Below, one piece after another: positions 29,201 through 37,685 of a stretch of DNA of 64,000 nt (position 1 is its first letter; each line of letters starts with the position of its first letter). Under the pieces are notes generated by a model. It did no database searches. It was given only the letters and a program-made list of their open reading frames with translations, and was not told the origin of the DNA. The position numbers and the translations under genes are program-made. The DNA comes from Candidatus Poseidoniaceae archaeon. GTDB taxonomy: Archaea; Thermoplasmatota; Poseidoniia; Poseidoniales; Poseidoniaceae. Location of the stretch: positions 63,934 through 127,933 of the forward strand of contig CASICQ010000004.1 in the NCBI GenBank assembly GCA_949373235.1. The letters are read 5' to 3'.

Positions 29201-30303
29201 ATCTGGAAAACAGCACCTCCGTATTCATCCACCCCGAAACAATCGAGCAACGCCAAGAGTTGAATGAACAATTCCAGTTGGTGGGCTACCTCGGCCTGAC
29301 GTTGAGCTTCACTGTTCTTTTGGGTATTGGTACGATGGTGGGCGCTTTGATGCTCACGAAACAGGTGGCAACCAAGGGCCAATACAACATCGTTTTGTTG
29401 GCACCGCTTGCCCACAGCCTCGCCTTCTATAATTTCTTGATGCAGGCAGACGTTCTCCATTCCGATCTCAATCTTTCGCTTGTTGGAGGCCTGTTAATCG
29501 CTGAAGGCTTTGCTTTGACCTATGGCTCGATTAAGAACGATGCAATCTATGATTACGCTGGATTTGACTGGCTAAATGATAATGCCTTCTTCGAATTCAC
29601 AGACCGAATGGGCATGATCGGGGTTGGAACCATCATTGCAGGGATTTTCTTCCTCATCAACAACCCAGATTGGGACACCCTCACTTATGGGTTGACAACC
29701 GTGGTGTTGATTGGCGTCGGGATCCAAGGTTACAGCGACGACTATGATGCACGATGGCGCCGTGTGTTTGGTGGTTACGGCTCGATCTTTACAGCGTTCA
29801 TCACTGCGTTCACCCTTGATGGGTTAATGCAAAACGTGAGCATTATGGGCGCCGCGATCGTTGCAATGGGTTGGTTGTTCATGAACAGCAGTCGCTTAGG
29901 CGACACAAATGAACTCTACATCCCAGATCCGAATGCGGTTCAACCGGTGATGGCGAGCGAACAACCTGCGCAACTTGCCCCTCAAGAAAAATCACAGCCA
30001 GAACCTGCAGCCGCCCCTGCATCAAAGGAGGCTGTTGAACTGGTTGAAGAAATTGAACTGGTTGTTCCAAAATCAACGGGCCAAACCGCACCAAAGAAGG
30101 AGAACCTTCCTTTGCAGATTCCTCAGCCAGTGCTCGCTGTTAAAGAGCGAGTGAAGACCCGCCATGGATTTGAGATTGAATTGCCTGATGACATGTTTAA
30201 CACCATCTTGTCGTCCATTGACTTGACGCCGCATGAAGGGTACAAGCCAGTCGTTTCGTTTGGCCCCAGAGGAGAAATTGTTCTGGAATTTGAGGCGATT
30301 TAA
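26236..30303 (+). CDS. Very large polytopic membrane protein, function unknown
   Basis: About 1355 aa, nearly continuous hydrophobic helices (roughly 30+), small C-terminal soluble domain (ORF track start 26131). Confidence 0.8.
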   Translation: MAAPRRNTNPIPQPTPGSTADAGTSLLQHAQQTSQPMRVRAPGTDIDDSERSLIRFSQIIMLAIALGAIWFSIYNIAFSDEGTSNADFAVLFFGGILSAGFAIGWIEAQSRSNGHQLRDVQDYMLGIGFFFATVGTVWGARFVLGLFEGGTVFGSQSTEDGWYPNGNGIYVQTAAILLLMVVQYKLLQRYKGQTKFGWAIASYAPMIVLLGAGMNIWLKWSEDVVSYEIGISLIVLSVAAMEMALRSNNSINLTVIVIASSIAPILFESAHDVEAAKQGGALSLLVFIIAIQGYYASKKELRTDIIQRASLVLIGIIVLAMLFARSDNLSLILGPLTPDALGGLSQHFTLIVALWLAVLGFYFPAMLDQRLPWIPIGLAFALMIIPTDESTVPWLVTVAILPYMLLVSTATRLWVANGTMAMAAVSYIVVDLVASAQDIAQIDTYGTVGLHLVIPIALIAVSELANRRGKIDIQIHMLVIGCIALSRAVLFAEEWYMPWFFIVYLLYLARTGLDGIGEGASLERRWKATLGVLLANSVMIALVALGRLEVPEQLIFGGYSFHVFAAGAISYFLLLSGRNKEFDLGMTLAWSGSTASGAPKYDPETETWKETKLDDDAMIEWSTTHSWSPLARSSLIIPFIMMTAGIFIANGIESEEQIRGFVSKPVGILLLALPISCLVWEILDLKTITSRSRATAVWILFGMGLGPSVFINLLREEMLGMSQYAGKFILPAAILLDLTLLAAPLVVAWAIERRGLDKAGISAPADLAAMIGLIGIACLDTTGGLLMIPMLALVTYQSVRYGHSLALILAPLALVLTNNIWLDLQGFGWKLSETFPSWGLDERSMFYSLGLSRLSGVLVVLQMSYILMAQFSKKENKHQKALPWLGAWVWMAIGLMACFPGMDWFLWMPLFFTGALMLNAWFNGQVQYLPVLGFAQFISLIIAIGGQSWGNSELEIVSWAALLTGATALGFSVLHESDILYKNFKEGQNLENSTSVFIHPETIEQRQELNEQFQLVGYLGLTLSFTVLLGIGTMVGALMLTKQVATKGQYNIVLLAPLAHSLAFYNFLMQADVLHSDLNLSLVGGLLIAEGFALTYGSIKNDAIYDYAGFDWLNDNAFFEFTDRMGMIGVGTIIAGIFFLINNPDWDTLTYGLTTVVLIGVGIQGYSDDYDARWRRVFGGYGSIFTAFITAFTLDGLMQNVSIMGAAIVAMGWLFMNSSRLGDTNELYIPDPNAVQPVMASEQPAQLAPQEKSQPEPAAAPASKEAVELVEEIELVVPKSTGQTAPKKENLPLQIPQPVLAVKERVKTRHGFEIELPDDMFNTILSSIDLTPHEGYKPVVSFGPRGEIVLEFEAI

Positions 30304-31677
30304 TCAGTCTTTGAATCGGGTGCCTTCGGTACCCGTCACGTGGGCCTGTGCTGGCAACGACGGGAAGGCTGCCCAATAGGACTCTCTTAATTGTTGATTG
30401 ACATCCATGCATGCAACTACGTCCCCGGGGCGGTCTGGCAGTGGTTCACTGCCGTTGAGGTGCTTAATGATCGGTTGAATGTTGGATAGATTCACCAGCC
30501 CCCAGCCGGTTTGTGTGCAGGGTGCGACGGGTGAAATTGGCATGGTTCCCGAAGTCGGATCCCAGCCGAGGTCCGGGTACCATGCTGAACGGTTGAGCGC
30601 TTCACGAACCTCTGCGTTCGAGACAGTGAATGCATTTCCGTCTCCATCGGTCCCGTTGACGAGTTGCTTCGAACGTGCGTCGGGTGCAGCACCTGATGAA
30701 GCATCATTGAACTCGTCCCGAAGCGCCTCCAGAACAAAGGAAAGAATGCCTGCTGTGCGAGGGGTTGCGAAGGATGTGCCTGAAGTTTCATGGTAGCCAT
30801 CGGTGTCTTCATGGTTCGGCAACAACTGTGTCCAATCTGCGGAGATGTCAGGGTATGAACCCGACATGATCTCCTTTTGGTCGTCGCCCTCTTCAGCGTA
30901 ACCAGCGATGCCAATCGACCATGGTGGACCTGCAGTGGCGTCTTGGATGGCAGGGGATGGGCTGTTGTCTGCAGCACCGGTGTGTATTTTCCCGAACTCA
31001 ACAACAGCTGATTCCGTCGCCCGTTCGATGCCTGGAACAGGCACTGACCCGGGCGCCCCGAATGAAGTGGTGATGATGTCAACAAGAGGTTGATCCGCCG
31101 CAGATTGTACAGCCTCTGAGGAAAAACCTTCAACGAAGAAAATGATGGCGTTTGGATTTGCGTTCAAAACCGCTCCAGTCACAGCGGAGCCGTGACCGTC
31201 GTTAGGGTCGTCCAGGATCAGAATATCGCTGTCGCCATCTGGAGAACTGCCGATGATTTTGGTACCCGGGAAGTAAACGATGTCGCTTGCAGTAAGGGTG
31301 TCCCAACATTCGCTTTTGTCCGCTTCATAGCGTTCTTGCCATGTGCCTTCAAAGGTCAAGGTACACACCTTGTTGACGCCAAGACCATCCTGAATCCATT
31401 GAGGATAGGTCTCATTGGTGCGGTAATGATCGTGATACACATTGATCCCAGTGTCAATTGGTGCGACAACAGAAAACGCTCGCCAATCATCGCCTTGTGG
31501 CGTCGTTTGTGCAGTTGTCTGCGAAGCGGGGGATTCGTTCAACATTGCCAAAACTGTAGCAAAAGAAACGACTAGAATCGTCGCTAAACTGAGGGCCATC
31601 AACTGCTTAGCCCCCATCGACTTTGCGCTTAATTCGCTGACCAAAAGCACAGCCTCCTCAGTTCCTGCCATGAACAT
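30304..31677 (-). CDS. Atypical S8 family serine protease
   Basis: APIDTG, GHGSAVTG, SGTSFATP, GWGLV; N-terminal hydrophobic segment. Confidence 0.8.
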   Translation of the reverse strand: MFMAGTEEAVLLVSELSAKSMGAKQLMALSLATILVVSFATVLAMLNESPASQTTAQTTPQGDDWRAFSVVAPIDTGINVYHDHYRTNETYPQWIQDGLGVNKVCTLTFEGTWQERYEADKSECWDTLTASDIVYFPGTKIIGSSPDGDSDILILDDPNDGHGSAVTGAVLNANPNAIIFFVEGFSSEAVQSAADQPLVDIITTSFGAPGSVPVPGIERATESAVVEFGKIHTGAADNSPSPAIQDATAGPPWSIGIAGYAEEGDDQKEIMSGSYPDISADWTQLLPNHEDTDGYHETSGTSFATPRTAGILSFVLEALRDEFNDASSGAAPDARSKQLVNGTDGDGNAFTVSNAEVREALNRSAWYPDLGWDPTSGTMPISPVAPCTQTGWGLVNLSNIQPIIKHLNGSEPLPDRPGDVVACMDVNQQLRESYWAAFPSLPAQAHVTGTEGTRFKD

Positions 31678-31742
31678 CCCTCCACATCAGTGCCTCAAGA
31701 ACCCTGCGCCCCATTGAAGAACCGCCACCTTGTGGCCGTTCT

Positions 31743-32285
31743 ATGAGCAAAGCCGGAGAACGCTTGGTTTGGATTGATCTTGAAATGACTGGCCTGGACG
31801 TCACCCGCGAATCGATCATCGAAATTGCCACGGTCATCACAGACGGCGAACTGAATATTCTTGCTCAAGGCCCAAACTTGGCCATCAAGGTGGACGATTC
31901 ACTGTTGGCCGAGATGGATGAATGGAACACCAGCCATCACACCTCAAGCGGCCTCGTGGACCGTGTGAAGCACAACAGTGTCAGCCTCGAAGAAGCAGAA
32001 CAGCAGACCCTTGAGTTTGTTCAAGAATGGGTGCCCGCTGGCGTTGCGCCACTGTGCGGAAACAGCGTTTGGAACGACAAAAAATTCATGGAAAAGGAAA
32101 TGCCAAACCTCGTCGAACACCTGCACTATCGAATGATTGATGTTTCCACGGTCAAAGAATTGGCCCGCAGATGGTATCCAGAAGTGAAGCGATATGAGAA
32201 AAAAGGCGCTCACCTGGCCCTTGATGACATCCTCGAATCGATTGAGGAACTGCGCCACTTCCGTTCTCGAGTGTTCAAGGATTGA
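31743..32285 (+). CDS. orn: Oligoribonuclease (DEDDh)
   Basis: LVWIDLEMTGL, IIEIATVITD, MDEWNTSHH..SGL, PLCGNSV..D, HYRMIDVSTVKELARRW, HLALDDILESIEEL. Confidence 0.95.
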   Translation: MSKAGERLVWIDLEMTGLDVTRESIIEIATVITDGELNILAQGPNLAIKVDDSLLAEMDEWNTSHHTSSGLVDRVKHNSVSLEEAEQQTLEFVQEWVPAGVAPLCGNSVWNDKKFMEKEMPNLVEHLHYRMIDVSTVKELARRWYPEVKRYEKKGAHLALDDILESIEELRHFRSRVFKD

Positions 32286-32288
32286 AGT

Positions 32289-33164
32289 TCAAACCCGCCA
32301 TGTGGCGTCGCTTGGATTCACGCCTTTGTGAAGTGACATAATTTGAGCCACAACCGCAACTGCAATTTCTTCGGGCGATTCAGCTCCAATGTTGACGCCA
32401 ATGGGGCATATCACTTGATCAAGAACCTCTTGTTTGACACCCTGATTCAAAGCAGCCTGTTCAAAGGCCTGCCATTTTGATCGGCTCCCAATCACACCAA
32501 CTCGAGGCGACAATCGGCCATCAAGAGGGGCGTTCTGATCCTGTAACGCAGCCAGAAGGCCCAACAAGCGAGTTTGATCTTCGGCCCAATCATGACCAAG
32601 CAGCAAAACATCCGAGTACCGACTGAGCGTCATTGCGTCGTGATGTTCGACAAAAGAAGATGCTTCCATGTGAAAGTGATCTTTGGCCTGAGGGAACAGG
32701 TTTGCGTTGCAAAATTCTTCACGGGTATCGTGAATGGAATGCGACCATCCAAGCGCCTCAAGGGCCGGAGCAATTGCTTGGGCGCAGTGGCCTCCTCCAA
32801 TCAGCAACACGTGTGGCATTGGAACAAGAACCTCCATACTGAGGGTAACGCGCCCCCCACATAGGGAATCTAACGCCGTTACTTCATAGCCCTTCGCACC
32901 CTTATTCAAACCGAATGTGTGCACTTCACCAGCAGGCAAGTTATGCTTGCTAAGCAGCAAGGCGCTTCGCTTCAGCACTGTCATTTCAAGACCAGCCCCC
33001 CCAACCGTACCGACCCATTCCTCATCCAAAGAGCGCATGGCAAGTCGAGCGCCTGCCTTGCCTGGAACGCTTCCAGAAGTATCGATGACGCTTGCCAAGA
33101 CGACCTTGTGGCCCGCCTCGAGTTGAGCCAATGCCCAAGCGAGAACGGATGCTGTCATATTCAT
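32289..33164 (-). CDS. xdhC: XdhC/CoxI family molybdoenzyme maturation factor
   Basis: GSVPGKAGA, GTVGGAGLE, LCGG, IGGGHCA, GVIGSRSK, CPIGVNIGAESPEEIAVAVVAQI. Confidence 0.92.
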   Translation of the reverse strand: MNMTASVLAWALAQLEAGHKVVLASVIDTSGSVPGKAGARLAMRSLDEEWVGTVGGAGLEMTVLKRSALLLSKHNLPAGEVHTFGLNKGAKGYEVTALDSLCGGRVTLSMEVLVPMPHVLLIGGGHCAQAIAPALEALGWSHSIHDTREEFCNANLFPQAKDHFHMEASSFVEHHDAMTLSRYSDVLLLGHDWAEDQTRLLGLLAALQDQNAPLDGRLSPRVGVIGSRSKWQAFEQAALNQGVKQEVLDQVICPIGVNIGAESPEEIAVAVVAQIMSLHKGVNPSDATWRV

Positions 33165-33208
33165 CGCTTGAAGCGCTTACACATACCCTTTGCCCTTGTG
33201 CTCGGTGC

Positions 33209-33796
33209 TTATTCAAGCAACACAGATTCAAGGCCCAGCAAAGCGTCTAAATCTTCTGGAGCGTCGATGTTAAGCCCAATGTGCGGGCAGGAACCTTGCA
33301 CAAGTTGCGGCGCAATGAGGTCTCGAAGAGGTGTCTGGGGTGGCGCAGCGAGCACAGCCTCAATGTCGGGGTCATGAAGGAGCAAGGGATGGCCGGATCG
33401 GCCCTCATACGCCAGCGTTGAGGTGGCGGCTTGCCCCATGAGCAAGCGAGCATCGTTCGAAGTCCAACCCGGGCGGTCAACTGGGGCGATGACGACGCGC
33501 CTTGGCATGCGTCCCTTGTCCCCCATAAGCGACATGATGCCGCATTGAACACTCCCTGTACGCCCTTGTTCCGGCTTCTTGTTCACAACCACCGTCGCAT
33601 CCACGGCCTTTGTCATGATTTCAAACAGCAGAGACTGGCGAGTGACGACGACGATTGGGGTGCAGCCTGCTTGTTGCAAACGTTGCACTGCAAGACCGAC
33701 GAGGGTTGTCGGGCCAATGGGGACCAGTGCTTTTGGTTGACCCAACCGGCTGCTTGCCCCAGCGGCGAGAACAAGCGCTGGGCATCCCCGGACCAT
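33209..33796 (-). CDS. mocA: Molybdenum cofactor nucleotidyltransferase (MocA-like NTP transferase)
   Basis: VLAAGASSRLGQPKAL, G..GSVQCG, APVDRP, GHPLL, NIDAPEDL; adjacent to xdhC. Confidence 0.75.
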   Translation of the reverse strand: MVRGCPALVLAAGASSRLGQPKALVPIGPTTLVGLAVQRLQQAGCTPIVVVTRQSLLFEIMTKAVDATVVVNKKPEQGRTGSVQCGIMSLMGDKGRMPRRVVIAPVDRPGWTSNDARLLMGQAATSTLAYEGRSGHPLLLHDPDIEAVLAAPPQTPLRDLIAPQLVQGSCPHIGLNIDAPEDLDALLGLESVLLE

Positions 33797-33868
33797 GGTG
33801 AGGGCTTAGATTGGGGTGTCAAGGCCTTTTCGATTTTCCTTGAAATACACTGACCGTTCTTTGCCTGT

Positions 33869-34639
33869 ATGAACGCAAGCGTATCCCCATTTACAGAACC
33901 AGAGCAGCGTTCGCTGGAACTTCTTGCCAGCATCATCGAAGCAAACCCTTGGGCGGAGAGTTTGAGTCAAGAAGAGCATGAAATCAAAATTAGGGTGCAA
34001 GGTCAATCGAAGCGTTGGTACCTTATTTCGGCTGCACGGCTCAAAGGTGCTATGACGAGGCTTTCCATCGACAGTTCGAACCCTTGGAGCGTGAACGTAC
34101 AAGGGGGGGCCCGAAAGAGGGATGTCATCCATAAAAATCAGTACTGCGCAAACCTCTGCCTCAACATTCGTCATGCATCTCCGCTGCCTGTTGGGGATCA
34201 ACTCGCAGCGCTTGGACTCTCGCTTCACAATGATCTTACAACAGCAATGACCATTCCTCTGCTTGCTCAATTCCTCATTTGTCCGCGTGAAGAACTGGCC
34301 AAGATCATGGTGTTTCAAGATGAAATGGTTGTGTTTCACTCGATGGCTTTCGGCAATGAAGGGCCTTTTGGTGCATTTGAAGACCATGAGGAGTTTGAAG
34401 AAGAACCAGACAATGTGCACGGGGGATGGGATGAGAGTTTCTTGGAGATTGAACCCTCGGAATCCGTCCCCTCACCTCAAGAAACTCGAGACAGGACCGC
34501 TGTTGAAGCAAACCCTCCGTTTCAGGACCCGCCACAACTCAGCGAAGAGGAACTGGCTGAACAACGGATGTGGGAAGCCTATGAACAGCACATGGAAGAA
34601 TTGGCTCAAAGCAGCCGTTGGGACGATAGATCGCCTTAA
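33869..34639 (+). CDS. Hypothetical protein with acidic C-terminal tail
   Basis: 256-aa ORF filling the gap between convergent neighbours; no motif recognised. Confidence 0.65.
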   Translation: MNASVSPFTEPEQRSLELLASIIEANPWAESLSQEEHEIKIRVQGQSKRWYLISAARLKGAMTRLSIDSSNPWSVNVQGGARKRDVIHKNQYCANLCLNIRHASPLPVGDQLAALGLSLHNDLTTAMTIPLLAQFLICPREELAKIMVFQDEMVVFHSMAFGNEGPFGAFEDHEEFEEEPDNVHGGWDESFLEIEPSESVPSPQETRDRTAVEANPPFQDPPQLSEEELAEQRMWEAYEQHMEELAQSSRWDDRSP

Positions 34640-34645
34640 TTCGGC

Positions 34646-35794
34646 TCACAGGTCTTTAGTGATTTCACGGCCAATAATCATGCGTTGAACTTGCGATGAG
34701 CCCTCGTAGATTTGCATCACCTTTGCAGCCCGCATCAACCGAGCCACCGGGTATTCTTCTGAATATCCATAGCCACCGTACACCTGGACTGCATCAGTAG
34801 AAACTTCCATTGCGGTGTCAGCTGCAAATCGCTTTGCATGGGCAGCGGATTCAGTGTTGCGAATGCCAGCATCAGATTCAGCGGCCGATTTCCAAGTTAA
34901 CATGCGAGACGCCTCAATCTTTGTTTTCATGTCAGCCAGCATGAATTGAATCGCTTGGTGTTGATGTAAATGCTTTCCAAACGTCTTGCGCTCTCCCGAA
35001 TATTGCAATGCGTGTTCGTAAGAGGCGCGCGCCAAGCCCGTTGCGTGAGCGGCAATGTTTGGACGTGACACGTCAAAGGCCTTCATGGCGTTCATCCACC
35101 CTCCGGATTCAGAACCGCCAATGAGGTGTTCGGCTGGCACCCTTACGTCATCGAAGTTAATCGAGCGAGTGTCTGAGCATCGCTGGCCCATGTTGCTTTC
35201 TTTCTTGCCAAGGCTGAACCCTGCTGCATCCTTCTCGACGATGAAGCCAGACATGCCACGGTAACCTGCGTCCATGTCTGTTTTGGCAAGAACGAAGAAG
35301 AAATCTGCATGACCAGCGCCAGTGATCCACATTTTTGAACCGTTGATGATGTAATCATCACCGTCACGAACTGCGCTTGTTTTGCACGCTGCGACATCGG
35401 AACCAGCTCCAGGTTCAGTTACAGCGTACGAGGCAAGCGCTCCTTCTTCTGCAACCTTGCGTAGCCATACTTCCTTCTGAGCGTCTGTTGCCCCGGTGAT
35501 AATAGGAGCGCATGCGAGGGCGGTGGCGTAAGCTGCTGTTGCGAATCCAGGGTCGCCCCATGCCAGTTCTTCATTGACGAGGACTTCCTCCATTGATCCA
35601 AGACCAGGGCCTCCGTATGCTTCCGGGATGTGGAGGTTGAGCAAACCCATTTCGTGGGCTGCGAGGATTGTTTCTTTTGGGTAAGTGGAGGTCGCGTCCC
35701 AGTGTTCTGCTTTAGGACGAATCTCTTCCAAAGCAAACTCACGGGCGAGTTCCTTCAACATCTCCTGCATTTCATCGAGTTGGAAGTTGACCAT
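34646..35794 (-). CDS. Acyl-CoA dehydrogenase
   Basis: YAVTEPGAGSD, INGSKMWIT, GQRCSDT, QAIQFMLADM, AVQVYGGYGYSEEYPVAR, QIYEGSSQVQR. Confidence 0.95.
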   Translation of the reverse strand: MVNFQLDEMQEMLKELAREFALEEIRPKAEHWDATSTYPKETILAAHEMGLLNLHIPEAYGGPGLGSMEEVLVNEELAWGDPGFATAAYATALACAPIITGATDAQKEVWLRKVAEEGALASYAVTEPGAGSDVAACKTSAVRDGDDYIINGSKMWITGAGHADFFFVLAKTDMDAGYRGMSGFIVEKDAAGFSLGKKESNMGQRCSDTRSINFDDVRVPAEHLIGGSESGGWMNAMKAFDVSRPNIAAHATGLARASYEHALQYSGERKTFGKHLHQHQAIQFMLADMKTKIEASRMLTWKSAAESDAGIRNTESAAHAKRFAADTAMEVSTDAVQVYGGYGYSEEYPVARLMRAAKVMQIYEGSSQVQRMIIGREITKDL

Positions 35795-35831
35795 GCCAAT
35801 GGGAGAAGGCCGCCCCTTATGTCTTCATTGT

Positions 35832-37016
35832 TTAGGAGAAGACAAGAACACCACGACGGTGCGCTTCGAGGGTGATGAGGAAGATTCCATAGATTGCAAT
35901 CATAACCCATCCTTCCCACTTCTTGAATTCGTAGGAAGTGCGCATCATCAACAAAGCAGCAAAGCAACCAAAAATGGTGAATGGCATGATGATGTAAAGA
36001 ATGAGATCGTGCCCCGCATCCGTGATCGCGAGGGGGTAAACCAATCCAGCAATACCGACGGAAAGCAACGGGTCGGTAATGTTTGAACCAATGAGGGTCC
36101 CAATCGCCACGCCTTGGCTGCGTTTTGCAGCCATCAAAGCAATGGTAAGTTCTGGAAGAGAGGTCCCAATGCCAAGAATCGTCGTGCTGACAATCGCATC
36201 TGGCACTTTGAGTTCATGTGCAATTTGAGCCACATTTTGAATCAATTCATTGGCAGCATAAACGGCGAACGTCAAGCCCACAAGCACCATGAGGAGGTAG
36301 GCCGCTGTACTCCAGGAAGTGCCTTGAACTTCAACTTGGATTCCATCTTCCATCTCTTCTTTTTGAATTTCCTTCCTGTTGGTCAACAACCAAGTGATGT
36401 AAAGCAAATAAAGGCTCACGAGGATGGCAGCTTCCCATTGCTGTAGCGTCGCTTCTGTGATCAAAAAGAGGCTGAGGATGAGAACGGAGAGCACCATGAT
36501 TTGGCCATCTCTTTTCAACCATGACTCCCTAATTTTCAAGCCCTTATTGATGACAACAACACCCAAAATCAAAGTGATTTGAACCAAAATCGAACCCAGA
36601 ATGTTTCCAATAGCCGTATCTGCAAACTCCGGCGCCTCGGCAATGTTTGAAGCCGATGAGGCTGAAATGAGGATTTCAGGCAGGGAAGTTCCAATCGAGA
36701 CGATGGTGAGGCCAATCACCACTTCGGGCAGGCCAACCCTGCGAGCAAGCCCCTTTGCACCTTCGATGAAGAAATCGGCGGAGAAAATCAACAAGAAAAG
36801 GGCGAGAATAACCACGCTAAGCGCAACAATCAGGTTGTTAAGACTAATTCCGTTTGAGATTAATTTCACGGCTAAAAGGCCAAGAAAGAGGCCCCCAGTG
36901 GTGACAAGGGTCTGGAAATGAACCAGTTGGGGAATCCCCATTACCTCCTGGTCGGACCCCATGTTCAACGGTCGATGCCCTCCTTCTTCACCATTCTCCT
37001 TCAAGTCAAGCGACAT
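35832..37016 (-). CDS. Ca2+/Na+ antiporter (CaCA/YrbG family)
   Basis: Two alpha repeats GTSLPE...GNILGS and GTSLPE...GTLIGSN. Confidence 0.92.
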   Translation of the reverse strand: MSLDLKENGEEGGHRPLNMGSDQEVMGIPQLVHFQTLVTTGGLFLGLLAVKLISNGISLNNLIVALSVVILALFLLIFSADFFIEGAKGLARRVGLPEVVIGLTIVSIGTSLPEILISASSASNIAEAPEFADTAIGNILGSILVQITLILGVVVINKGLKIRESWLKRDGQIMVLSVLILSLFLITEATLQQWEAAILVSLYLLYITWLLTNRKEIQKEEMEDGIQVEVQGTSWSTAAYLLMVLVGLTFAVYAANELIQNVAQIAHELKVPDAIVSTTILGIGTSLPELTIALMAAKRSQGVAIGTLIGSNITDPLLSVGIAGLVYPLAITDAGHDLILYIIMPFTIFGCFAALLMMRTSYEFKKWEGWVMIAIYGIFLITLEAHRRGVLVFS

Positions 37017-37022
37017 GGGTGA

Positions 37023-37685
37023 TTGAAAAGGGATTTAGAGCATGGCTGGCTCCAGCAAACCATGTGGCAACGTGCCCTTGCCGAATTTGGTGGCACGTGG
37101 TTCATGGTGTTCATTGGATGCGGGAGCATTGCACTTGGAGCGCCAGGTTGGTTGGTTTCATTGGCTTTCGGAGCAGCAGTTACTGCTGCAATCCTGGTGC
37201 TCCAGCCGATCAGTGGCGCTCACATCAACCCTGCAGTGAGCATTGCCTTCATGCGAACTGGCCACTTGGAACGTTCGGCATTGATGCCTTACATCACCGC
37301 ACAATTGGGCGGAGCCCTGCTTGCAGCATGGATGCTGAATGGAGTCGGTCCAACTCAACTCGCAGACGGAGTAAGCGTTGTTGAGGCCACTGCCATTGAA
37401 GTGTTCATCACCTTCATGCTGATGGCTTCGATCTATTGGATTGTGATCAAGTCCAAAACTCATGTTTCAATTGCCTTTTTTGTTGGAGCTACGGTTGCTG
37501 TGCTGGCTTACTTTTTCGGACCCCTTACCGGTGCCTCGATGAACCCTGCAAGAACATTTGGACCGAACATGATGGATGGGTTGTATTCAAGTATTCCGTT
37601 CTATAGTTTTACGACAATCGTTGGAGCCTTAATCGCAGCGGAGGTTTACCTGCGCTTTTACAAGAACCTACAGGCTCAAGACTGA
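37023..37685 (+). CDS. MIP family channel (aquaporin/NIP-like)
   Basis: SGAHINPAVS and GASMNPARTFG NPA boxes; AEFGGT, IEVFIT. Confidence 0.93.
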   Translation: MKRDLEHGWLQQTMWQRALAEFGGTWFMVFIGCGSIALGAPGWLVSLAFGAAVTAAILVLQPISGAHINPAVSIAFMRTGHLERSALMPYITAQLGGALLAAWMLNGVGPTQLADGVSVVEATAIEVFITFMLMASIYWIVIKSKTHVSIAFFVGATVAVLAYFFGPLTGASMNPARTFGPNMMDGLYSSIPFYSFTTIVGALIAAEVYLRFYKNLQAQD

